A stretch of DNA of 64,000 bases, taken from IMG/VR virus record IMGVR_UViG_3300031787_000018, positions 1-64,000 of that record, one strand, 5' to 3'. Source of the DNA: an uncultured virus (IMG/VR IMGVR_UViG_3300031787_000018) (taxonomy: Duplodnaviria; Heunggongvirae; Uroviricota; Caudoviricetes). The notes under the pieces were generated by a model. It was not told the origin of the DNA and did no database searches. It saw nothing but the letters and a program-made list of their open reading frames with translations. This document shows, piece after piece, positions 36,144-43,922 of this stretch. A program made the position numbers and the translations under genes. The number at the start of each line of letters is the position of its first letter. The stretch's first letter is position 1.

Positions 36144-36603
36144 TTATCTTAATGTTGACATCAATATTCTACCTGATTTAACAGAAGAAGAAAGGGTTAA
36201 ATTAGGTGGTAATAATATTGATTGGCAAACAAAACATTTTGAATGTGAAATGACCCATGTTTATATTGTTGAGGATACAGAAAATAAATTTAGACATTCA
36301 TTCTTAAAAAACAGAACACCTTATAAATTACAAATAAAAAGATTTGATTGGGAAGAGGTACCAAAAGAAGAAAGACCGTACCCAAATGCTGATGAAAATT
36401 CTTTTGAACACCTTCTAGGTTCTTTTAGGGAAATTAATGTAAGAGTTGAAGATTTAGATTATACAGGAACTTTTACTTTCTATACTTATATAAAACCAGA
36501 AGATGAGGGGATTGGTGATGTTAAAAAGTTAAAATGGGTTGAGTTTATTTGTGAAGTTGAAAATGGTAAAATAATTTCAATAAAGCGGTTGACAGATGAA
36601 TAA
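36130..36603 (+). CDS. hypothetical protein (MGMFD-start phage family)
   Basis: MGMFDYL...WQTK...YTGTFTFYT...WVEF. Confidence 0.65.
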   Translation: MGMFDYLNVDINILPDLTEEERVKLGGNNIDWQTKHFECEMTHVYIVEDTENKFRHSFLKNRTPYKLQIKRFDWEEVPKEERPYPNADENSFEHLLGSFREINVRVEDLDYTGTFTFYTYIKPEDEGIGDVKKLKWVEFICEVENGKIISIKRLTDE

Positions 36604-36822
36604 TAATCCTTATATTTGTATAAGAAATAAAAATACATAACATAAATTTAACATAAGCGTTGACAAATAAATAAAACTTTATTAATTTTGTCCATATTTA
36701 TTTATAGAAGTTGTGGTTCTGATGGGTTTCAGGAACCACCCCAAAAAAGACAGATACAGAACGGGGACTGTTTACAACGAAAACCCCACAAAAAAAACTA
36801 TAAACAAATTAAAACTAAAAAA

Positions 36823-36930
36823 ATGAGAAAGAATTACACATATCAACCGAGTACACCGAAAGCAGGGAAAGTAGCCGATAAAGGCTGTGATACCTTGAAT
36901 GGTTGTGGTATGTACAATTCTGTCTCATAA
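36823..36930 (+). CDS. attenuator leader peptide 4 (Tyr/Pro/Asp/Gly/Ala/Cys/Lys sensor), MRKNYTYQPSTPKAGKVADKGCDTLNGCGMYNSVS
   Basis: 11 of codons 12-23, plus Y5, Y7 and P9, match downstream tRNAs; antiterminator GGTTGTGG 36901-36908. Confidence 0.85.
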   Translation: MRKNYTYQPSTPKAGKVADKGCDTLNGCGMYNSVS

Positions 36931-36954
36931 GAATATATAGAGAAGAGTTTAAAT

Positions 36955-36991
36955 AACCCCCACAACCGATAAAAAAGTTGTGGGGGTTTTT
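36955..36991 (+). terminator. attenuator terminator 4
   Basis: AACCCCCACAAC-CGATAAAAAA-GTTGTGGGGGTT+TTT. Confidence 0.88.
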
Positions 36992-37005
36992 GTTTATAGT
37001 TATAC

Positions 37006-37087
37006 CCGTAAGTTGAACAGGTGGTGAGTTCCGTTGACTGTAGATCAACCGTTTTAAACTGTGGGGGTTCGATTCCCTCCTTACGGA
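37006..37087 (+). tRNA. tRNA-Tyr(GTA), C1:G72
   Basis: CCGTAAG/CTTACGG-A; GTTGA-CTGTAGA-TCAAC. Confidence 0.88.
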
Positions 37088-37107
37088 CAAAAACGTTCAT
37101 TGAAAAT

Positions 37108-37231
37108 AAAAAGAATAGAAGCGGTGGTATTGGTTACATCGATAATGGATATCAATTTGACAGCAAATCAAACGTTGTGGGTTCGAGTCCCATGATAAAA
37201 AACACCGATATTTTTATTCTCTGTTCTTTTT
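37108..37231 (+). ncRNA. Y-RNA-like RNA 3 with tRNA-like module
   Basis: AGAATAGA/TCTGTTCT and GTATTGGT/ACCGATAT stems; GAAGCGGT and TACATC motifs; D-, anticodon- and T-arm-like (GTGGGTTCGAGTCCCAT) hairpins inside. Confidence 0.75.
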
Positions 37232-37237
37232 AAATAT

Positions 37238-37316
37238 ATGGGGTTGGAGGAGTCAGGTTTTCCTCGCTTGGTTTGGGACCAAGAGACTTGCGTGGGTTCA
37301 AATCCCACACCCCATA
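37238..37316 (+). tRNA. tRNA-Pro(TGG)
   Basis: ATGGGGT/ACCCCAT; CTTGG-TTTGGGA-CCAAG. Confidence 0.88.
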
Positions 37317-37322
37317 CAAAAC

Positions 37323-37399
37323 GGATACGGCGCATAACGGCTGGTGTACCTGACTGTCTATCAGGTTTTAAGAGGGTTCGACTCCCTTCGTATCCGCCA
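37323..37399 (+). tRNA. tRNA-Asp(GTC)
   Basis: GGATACG/CGTATCC-GCCA; CCTGA-CTGTCTA-TCAGG. Confidence 0.88.
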
Positions 37400-37401
37400 A
37401 T

Positions 37402-37472
37402 GCGGGATTAGCATAAAGTTAATGTACTAGTCTTCCAAACTAGTGAAGTCGGATAGTTACCGGCATCCCGCT
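37402..37472 (+). tRNA. tRNA-Gly(TCC), atypical T-loop
   Basis: GCGGGAT/ATCCCGC-T; CTAGT-CTTCCAA-ACTAG. Confidence 0.82.
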
Positions 37473-37482
37473 CTAAAATTAT

Positions 37483-37557
37483 GGGCTACATCCCGAAGGC
37501 AGGGCACTTGATTTGCACTCAAGTGAAAACGGTAGGGTTCGATTCCCTCGTGGTCCA
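37483..37557 (+). tRNA. tRNA-Ala(TGC)
   Basis: G3:U70 in GGGCTAC/GTGGTCC; CTTGA-TTTGCAC-TCAAG. Confidence 0.85.
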
Positions 37558-37571
37558 CAAATATAATAAAA

Positions 37572-37662
37572 GGGTCTGTGGTGTGAGTGGTTTAAACCAC
37601 CTGTCTGCAAAACAGGGATGACAATTAATTTTGTTACGTCAGTTCGAATCTGACCAGACCCT
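37572..37662 (+). tRNA. tRNA-Cys(GCA) with long variable arm
   Basis: GGGTCTG/CAGACCC-T (U73); CCTGT-CTGCAAA-ACAGG. Confidence 0.85.
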
Positions 37663-37674
37663 CTAAAAAATAAA

Positions 37675-37749
37675 GACCTCGTAACTTAGTTGGTTTAAAG
37701 TGCTAATCTTTTAAATTAGAAATCGTGAGTTCGAATCTCACCGGGGTCA
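37675..37749 (+). tRNA. tRNA-Lys(TTT)
   Basis: GACCTCG/CGGGGTC; CTAAT-CTTTTAA-ATTAG. Confidence 0.9.
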
Positions 37750-37750
37750 C

Positions 37751-38203
37751 TTAACCACCATAACAATCAATACCTTTTATGGTTATTGTTGTATCGTTTT
37801 TAATTGTAATTTCTGTTTTTTCAGGGAAATATTCCTCATGGGTTAAATCATTACTACACTCAACCCTAGGATTGTCCAATTTTATAATAAGTTTATCATC
37901 TGATATCACACCTCTAATTGGTGTGTCTAACTTATAATAAACATTACCACCATCATAATCTTTATGTACTGTTCTTTCGTAAAATATTGAACCAAATATT
38001 GAATCTGAAAATACTGATTTTGTGTAATCTATAGTACAATAATAAGAAGTGTTACCACTCATAGTACTACGAATTTGACCTTCATATCTATAACTCGAAC
38101 TAAACAATCCACAAATCAAGGCAATTATAATCACCAAAAATACTAATCCACCGCCTCCACCACTAGGTGTTGATGGTACCCATACCCAAAAACCTTTTGA
38201 CAT
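37751..38203 (-). CDS. hypothetical membrane protein
   Basis: Gly run followed by a TM helix near the N-terminus. Confidence 0.65.
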   Translation of the reverse strand: MSKGFWVWVPSTPSGGGGGLVFLVIIIALICGLFSSSYRYEGQIRSTMSGNTSYYCTIDYTKSVFSDSIFGSIFYERTVHKDYDGGNVYYKLDTPIRGVISDDKLIIKLDNPRVECSNDLTHEEYFPEKTEITIKNDTTITIKGIDCYGG

Positions 38204-38214
38204 AATCTTTATTT

Positions 38215-38403
38215 TTAATTAAAAACCTCACTACTTAATTTTAAATATTTAATATGTTTTATTGGTAATAAATTACCCTCGTAACGTAATTCCAAACAAA
38301 GTTCACCTTTGTTATTTGTTACAACAATCCCTGTTGAAAATACATCCATTGGTACATCCAGTTCATCACCAATTTTAATTTCGTTACCGTTTAAATCTTT
38401 CAT
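38215..38403 (-). CDS. hypothetical protein (YopX-like start)
   Basis: MKDLNGNEIKIGD. Confidence 0.55.
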   Translation of the reverse strand: MKDLNGNEIKIGDELDVPMDVFSTGIVVTNNKGELCLELRYEGNLLPIKHIKYLKLSSEVFN

Positions 38404-38404
38404 T

Positions 38405-39373
38405 TTAAGTTGTTTTTGGAAAATAAAAATTTGAGTTTGTTATTCTAACACCTTCTAACATTAATTTTATATTTAAATCATTAATGATAGCCTGTGCTTC
38501 TTTTTCATCATACAAGTCTAAATCTACGGTAAAAGAATTATATTTTCCACCGCCACCTTTAACTGAATTGTATTTTACGTTCATGGAATCTAGTCTATCC
38601 ATTAGTCTAAATTTATTGTAAGTTGGTTCCGAAACCTCAAAACTCATAATACAATTTACGTCTGGTTTTTTATACCTAAAACCCATAACTCTTTGACTAT
38701 CTTCGTTTAAATTTTCAATCACGTTATTATCTACAATATAACCCCATTTTCTATATGGTGTTTGTATTAAATGTCTTTTAGCATAATCTCGCCAAGTATT
38801 TAAAACAGTTTTAATTTCATCAGGGTGTATGTTAATACTTTCCAAATAATTACCAAACTCATCAATTAAAATATTTAATGGTTCTTTCATAGTTTTAGCC
38901 TTTTTATATAAACCTCTAACATACGCTTCAACCTCATAAGGTTCCGTAAGGTATTCATAATATTCTAAATCCTCTGGATATCTTCTTTTTGTTGAAAAAA
39001 AGCTTCCACGTTCTTTTACTTTAAATCTATCTTGTGCTATGTGTTCAATTTCGTGCCTAATTATATTTTTTAGTTCAGCAACCAATTTATTTAAATCGGT
39101 ATAAAAATCTTGTTCATTACTAGATACGGTTATATCTAATATCATTTTTTTATATTTACCTCTATTTGGAGACAATTCCATATGGCCACCAACCAAAGGT
39201 TCTTTTAAATTATCCATTTCTTTTATCTTAACGATTACGTCAATAAAAGTTCTACTAAATAACCTTATTCTTGTTCTATATTTTTTTACACCTTTTTTAA
39301 CAGCATAGATAATTTCTTTTGTTAATTCATTAGTTACATTATCGTACCTACCTTCGTTTAATAAATTACTCAT
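38405..39373 (-). CDS. zincin-like HExxH protein, paralog of the C-terminal domain of 56266..58881
   Basis: LLNEGRYD...IRHEIEHIAQ...EVEAYVRGLYKKAK. Confidence 0.65.
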   Translation of the reverse strand: MSNLLNEGRYDNVTNELTKEIIYAVKKGVKKYRTRIRLFSRTFIDVIVKIKEMDNLKEPLVGGHMELSPNRGKYKKMILDITVSSNEQDFYTDLNKLVAELKNIIRHEIEHIAQDRFKVKERGSFFSTKRRYPEDLEYYEYLTEPYEVEAYVRGLYKKAKTMKEPLNILIDEFGNYLESINIHPDEIKTVLNTWRDYAKRHLIQTPYRKWGYIVDNNVIENLNEDSQRVMGFRYKKPDVNCIMSFEVSEPTYNKFRLMDRLDSMNVKYNSVKGGGGKYNSFTVDLDLYDEKEAQAIINDLNIKLMLEGVRITNSNFYFPKTT

Positions 39374-39443
39374 TGATTTTGCTATATGATATAAATATCA
39401 TATATTTGGTGTTATGAATATATTATTTTATAAAAATTGATGT

Positions 39444-40232
39444 ATGCCAGAAATTAGTGAAGTTAGAATAATGTCAGAATACATTAATGAAGTTAGTCAG
39501 GATAAAACTTTTATTAACATTAAAAAATCTGAGGTAAGTAAGATAAAAACTAACTTGGATTATGACTGGTCTGTTGGTTTTAAGTTAAAATCAGAAAGCA
39601 GGGGTAAAGAATTAATTTTAAAGTTAGAAAGTTTAAATAAATCTTTATTAACCAACATGGGAATGTCTGGTAATTGGGTTTTTATTAAAAATAAAATAAC
39701 CCCAAAACACGCACATTTGATATTTGAAACCACAGATGGTGGGTTATTGTGTTTGGTTGATGTTAGAAGGTTTGCCAAATGGAAATGGTCAGAAACTTGG
39801 TCTGAAAATAGGGGACCTGATCCTATAAAAGAACATTTAAAATTTAAAGAAAATATTCTTGATAACTTAAATAAAAAAGATTTTCAAAAACCAATTTATG
39901 AACTGATGATGAACCAAAAATATTTTAATGGTATTGGGAATTATTTAAGGTCGGAAATAATCAACAGAATAAACGATAACCCTTTTTTAACTTCAAAAGA
40001 ATTTATCACAAAAAACCCAAATTTTTTTGATGTTTGTAAAGACGTTATATTGGAATCTTATGTTTTAGGTGGGGGTCAACTTAAAGAATGGGTAAATCCT
40101 TTTAATGAGGATAAAATAACATTTTCAGAATGGTTAAAATGTTATGGCAAAAAAAATATGTCCACAATTATAGATAAAAATGGTAGAAAGTTTTGGTATA
40201 ACCCAAAATTTGATTTATCTTTGGTTAGTTAA
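39444..40232 (+). CDS. Fpg/Nei-family DNA glycosylase
   Basis: N-terminal PE, RGKEL, MGMSG, DVRRFA, GPDP, NQKYFNGIGNYLRSEI (H2TH). Confidence 0.92.
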   Translation: MPEISEVRIMSEYINEVSQDKTFINIKKSEVSKIKTNLDYDWSVGFKLKSESRGKELILKLESLNKSLLTNMGMSGNWVFIKNKITPKHAHLIFETTDGGLLCLVDVRRFAKWKWSETWSENRGPDPIKEHLKFKENILDNLNKKDFQKPIYELMMNQKYFNGIGNYLRSEIINRINDNPFLTSKEFITKNPNFFDVCKDVILESYVLGGGQLKEWVNPFNEDKITFSEWLKCYGKKNMSTIIDKNGRKFWYNPKFDLSLVS

Positions 40233-40248
40233 TTTTAAAAGAAAAAAT

Positions 40249-40446
40249 ATGAGTAAGATTAAAGATGAAAATTTTGACGAAATAATTTTTCGTAAAGAAT
40301 TACTTAAAGTTTATAAAGAATTGGAAAATCATCCAACATTTGAAGAATTTAGTCCTATAGTTTTGGCTAAAAGTCTTTATGGTAAGTTTCATTTAAATGA
40401 TGAAGATGTTTTGATGGCTGTTAAAATGTATTATAATTTTGAGTAA
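40249..40446 (+). CDS. hypothetical protein
   Basis: likely start MSKIKDE at 40249. Confidence 0.55.
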   Translation: MSKIKDENFDEIIFRKELLKVYKELENHPTFEEFSPIVLAKSLYGKFHLNDEDVLMAVKMYYNFE

Positions 40447-40723
40447 GTTTAGTAAATATAGGGAAAAACCTAATTGGAAACCTAAGGAAGGTAACCTTAT
40501 TCTAATAAATACTAATGGTTGTTTGATGGAGGTTGGTGGTACTGAAGATATTGACGGGGAAAGAAAAGTTTCTTTAAATATGGATTGTGGTGATTATAAC
40601 TTAGGGGTTGAAATGGTGCCTATCAGAGATTTAATTCAAAAAGTTAGAAATGGTGAATGGAAAATTGTTAAAGATGGACCGATAGAACCCGAAAAAATAT
40701 TAAAGCAATATAAATTTATTTGA
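40439..40723 (+). CDS. hypothetical protein
   Basis: TTG start overlapping the upstream stop. Confidence 0.55.
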   Translation: MSKFSKYREKPNWKPKEGNLILINTNGCLMEVGGTEDIDGERKVSLNMDCGDYNLGVEMVPIRDLIQKVRNGEWKIVKDGPIEPEKILKQYKFI

Positions 40724-40766
40724 TATTTTCTTGACTGTTAATAATTTTTTTTGTAATTTTACTTTG

Positions 40767-40897
40767 TGACGAGTGGCGGAGGGTATACGCGGTTCATCGA
40801 CGGATGGATTGGTTCAAAACACTAAGGTTACATATTGGTACCTTTAAATATTTGACACGAAATAGAACATCGAAAGGTTTAAATCCTTTCCTCGTCA
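40767..40897 (+). ncRNA. tRNA-like RNA with expanded central region
   Basis: TGACGAG/CTCGTCA acceptor, GCG..CGC D-arm, GAAAGG-TTTAAAT-CCTTTC T-arm; terminator follows. Confidence 0.55.
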
Positions 40898-40987
40898 AAA
40901 AATTCCCCCGATTGATTGAGATTTATCTCTCTCGGGGGGTTTTTAATTTAAAAACTTTTTACTATATTTGTAATAAACCTTAGAATA

Positions 40988-41137
40988 ATGAAAGAATATA
41001 AATTAGTGTCTAAAGGGGGTGAAAAAATTTCTAAATACTCCACATATAGTTTAGAATTAGCTATTGAGTATTTTGCTAAAGTCAAAAAGTTAAAAGTTTC
41101 ACAATTATTAAAAATTTATAACGTAGAAGAATGTTAA
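40988..41137 (+). CDS. small hypothetical protein (49 aa)
   Basis: MKEYKLVSKGG...; follows TATATTTG at 40963. Confidence 0.55.
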   Translation: MKEYKLVSKGGEKISKYSTYSLELAIEYFAKVKKLKVSQLLKIYNVEEC

Positions 41138-41904
41138 TCACACTGGGCGATATACACGGTAATTTTAACTACGTTAAGTGGTATATAAAGGCACACAAGA
41201 TTAAAGATTGTACTATATATCAGGTAGGTGACTTTGGTATTGGGTTTACCAATGAATTCAACGATATGAATACATTGGGTGATTTGAATAAGTTTTTAAA
41301 CGAATATAACATTCAAATGTATGCTATACGTGGTAACCACGATAACCCAAAATACTTTGACGGGCATTTAAGAAACTACTTTACCAACTTACATTTACTA
41401 CCTGATTATACAGTAATAAACGTAGATGGTGTTAACATATTAGGTGTTGGTGGTGCTGTGAGTGTTGACCGTAGACCACATATGAGAGAACAACTTCAAT
41501 ATGCCAGAAATGGTGTTGAGAGAGAGTTATATTGGTACGATGAGGTTTTCGTGTTGGATGAGGAAAAACTAAAAGGTTTTAGGGATATAGATATTGTTGT
41601 AACACATACAGCACCTGATTTCTGTCACCCTGTAAATACAAACGGGTTTGGATATTTGGTTAATCAATTTGCCATGGATGATGAAAAACTAAAAGATGAC
41701 CTTTTAGAAGAGAGAAAATTGGTTACTAAGATGTGGGAGATATTAAAAGAGAATAATAAACCTTTTATGTATTTTTATGGCCATTTTCACAATGTATGGC
41801 TTGAAGATATTGATGGATGTGAATTCAGATTATTAGGTATTAACGAATTCTACGACCCAAAAATCGATTACATGAATTATTTAAACAAAAAATATGGGGA
41901 TTAA
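41131..41904 (+). CDS. calcineurin-like metallophosphoesterase
   Basis: GDIHG, VGDFG, RGNHD, VTHTAP, YGHFH. Confidence 0.92.
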   Translation: MLITLGDIHGNFNYVKWYIKAHKIKDCTIYQVGDFGIGFTNEFNDMNTLGDLNKFLNEYNIQMYAIRGNHDNPKYFDGHLRNYFTNLHLLPDYTVINVDGVNILGVGGAVSVDRRPHMREQLQYARNGVERELYWYDEVFVLDEEKLKGFRDIDIVVTHTAPDFCHPVNTNGFGYLVNQFAMDDEKLKDDLLEERKLVTKMWEILKENNKPFMYFYGHFHNVWLEDIDGCEFRLLGINEFYDPKIDYMNYLNKKYGD

Positions 41905-41949
41905 TGGTTTTCAGTCCCTTTACATATATTTATATGTAAAGGGGTTTTT

Positions 41950-42759
41950 ATGCAAAAATGGTCAACATATGAAATAAATTATTTAAAAGAAAATTATGAA
42001 AATAAAGGTAGTGAATATTGTTCAAAACAATTAAATAGAAGTTTAAACTCTGTTAGGAATAAAGTTAGAAAACTTAAACTATCCATTAATAAAGAACTTA
42101 AATCTGAAATACAATCTAAAAACGGGTCAAAATATGAAAAAATGGTATTCTCCTTTGAAAACCCCCAAGATTTATATATAATGGGATTTTTATGGGCGGA
42201 CGGTTATCTTCACGATACATTTAATAGATTGGAGTTATATACCACTACTGAAGATTTTAAAACCATAGAATGGTTATTTGATGATAATAAATGGTCTATT
42301 TCACATAGAGAAAGGGTGAATAAAAAACCATCAACAACATTAGGATTGTATCAAAAAAATGTTTGTGAAAATTTTAGAGAGTATGGTTATACAGGGAAAA
42401 GTTTATATTCCCCTAATTTTTTACACAAAATACCAGAAAACATAATACATTATTTTTTTAGGGGTTTTTTTGACGGTGATGGATGTTTTTATGTTAGTAA
42501 AGATAATAAACAAAAACAATGTTATTTGGCCGGTAGTTATGAACAAGATTGGTCATGGGTTGAAGATAGGCTTAAAAAATTGAATATTGATTATACCATA
42601 AAAAGAAAAACACAAAAAGGTGGTAAGGAAAAATATTCTATTGTTTACATTAAAAAATCATATATAAAGAATTTCGGTTTTTTTATATATGAAAATTATG
42701 ATATAGATAATATTGGTTTACCTAGAAAATATAATAAATTTTTACAAATAATAAATTAA
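41950..42759 (+). CDS. LAGLIDADG homing endonuclease, free-standing
   Basis: YIMGFLWADG and FFRGFFDGDG motifs. Confidence 0.88.
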   Translation: MQKWSTYEINYLKENYENKGSEYCSKQLNRSLNSVRNKVRKLKLSINKELKSEIQSKNGSKYEKMVFSFENPQDLYIMGFLWADGYLHDTFNRLELYTTTEDFKTIEWLFDDNKWSISHRERVNKKPSTTLGLYQKNVCENFREYGYTGKSLYSPNFLHKIPENIIHYFFRGFFDGDGCFYVSKDNKQKQCYLAGSYEQDWSWVEDRLKKLNIDYTIKRKTQKGGKEKYSIVYIKKSYIKNFGFFIYENYDIDNIGLPRKYNKFLQIIN

Positions 42760-42760
42760 T

Positions 42761-42859
42761 TTTGAAGGTACTAACTTTAGATTGTTAGGGATAAACGAAC
42801 ATTATATGTATCAAAACCATAATGATTATACACCTGAATGGGAGAAGGAATTAAAATAA
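42761..42859 (+). pseudogene. orphaned alternative 3' end of the upstream metallophosphoesterase
   Basis: FEGTNFRLLGINEHY... versus IDGCEFRLLGINEFY. Confidence 0.75.
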
Positions 42860-42904
42860 AAAAGGGACAATTAAGTCCCTTTTTTTATTATTTGTTATTT
42901 TAAT

Positions 42905-43813
42905 TTATTTTAAAGCTGGTACGGCATCCTTAGTATAACCCAAGAACTCACAAATAACTTGACCGCCTTGTCCTTGTCGGTTAGTTTGTGATGTATTTAT
43001 TTGACCATATTTTGTAGAACACTCCACTGGGTAAGATGGGTCAGAACATGGTGTAGGTGGCTCAAACTGTTTATAACCCCAATCACAACCGTAAGGAAAA
43101 ACACCTGGAATATCTACACAACTTTTAAATGATACACCATTAGTTGCTGTAGTAAATTTGGCTAATTGACCAGTACTGTCAGTATATCCAAAATCCCAAA
43201 ACGCACCGAAGTTAGGGTTTAATCCGTTAGTGTTTCTAGGCCCAAAAGAAGTAACACTTTCTCTAAGTACGGAATGTAAACCATCAACACAAGAAATATC
43301 GAAAGATTCGACATCACCTAATACTTTACCGTTTTGCCACCAAGTATTTACTGAAAATTCAAATATATTTAAACCATACGGATAAACTTGTTTTTCATTT
43401 GAATCCAATATACTTTGAGCTGCAGTGCAAGCTTGATTATCAATACCCCAAGTAATAACAACTGAATTTATAGCTAAAGTATCACCCAAATGATATTGTA
43501 CACCTTTTTTTGCCCAAAATATACCTTTACATTTTACTGGTGTACCATCAGGGTTTTTAGCTTCAGGGTTAAAGTTAGTAGAATCCATACCAAACTTACC
43601 TACAATTGATTGTGTACTTGGTAATGTAACAAATACTTGTACGGAATCCAAATTTGAATTATTTATTAATACAACATCAGTGTATTTAGTTGTATCTACC
43701 GTGTTAGTTGATGGTGGAGTTACGGGTTTAGAATTTTTCCAATTCCAAAGAACACCACCCGCAATTATAGAACCTATTCCTATTGCGATTAAAATTTTAG
43801 CGATTTTTTTCAT
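42905..43813 (-). CDS. secreted Cys-rich protein, thaumatin-like motif
   Basis: N-terminal TM segment; IFEFSVN...ESFDISCVDG. Confidence 0.45.
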   Translation of the reverse strand: MKKIAKILIAIGIGSIIAGGVLWNWKNSKPVTPPSTNTVDTTKYTDVVLINNSNLDSVQVFVTLPSTQSIVGKFGMDSTNFNPEAKNPDGTPVKCKGIFWAKKGVQYHLGDTLAINSVVITWGIDNQACTAAQSILDSNEKQVYPYGLNIFEFSVNTWWQNGKVLGDVESFDISCVDGLHSVLRESVTSFGPRNTNGLNPNFGAFWDFGYTDSTGQLAKFTTATNGVSFKSCVDIPGVFPYGCDWGYKQFEPPTPCSDPSYPVECSTKYGQINTSQTNRQGQGGQVICEFLGYTKDAVPALK

Positions 43814-43922
43814 TTTGTTTATTGTTTATTACTAAATATCTCTTAATAATAAAAAAATGTCACATTAAAAAAAGCGTTAACTATTTAAATATTTTTCTTA
43901 TTTTTATATTAAATAATTAATT

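Noticed and set aside
36688..36930. 80-aa ORF starting at 36688
   Set aside because: The TTG start lies in the promoter region; ATG 36823, after an A-rich tract, matches the other three leaders.
41950..42759. Group I intron hosting the LAGLIDADG gene
   Set aside because: Only about 45 nt upstream and 1 nt downstream separate it from coding sequence, leaving no room for an intron core.
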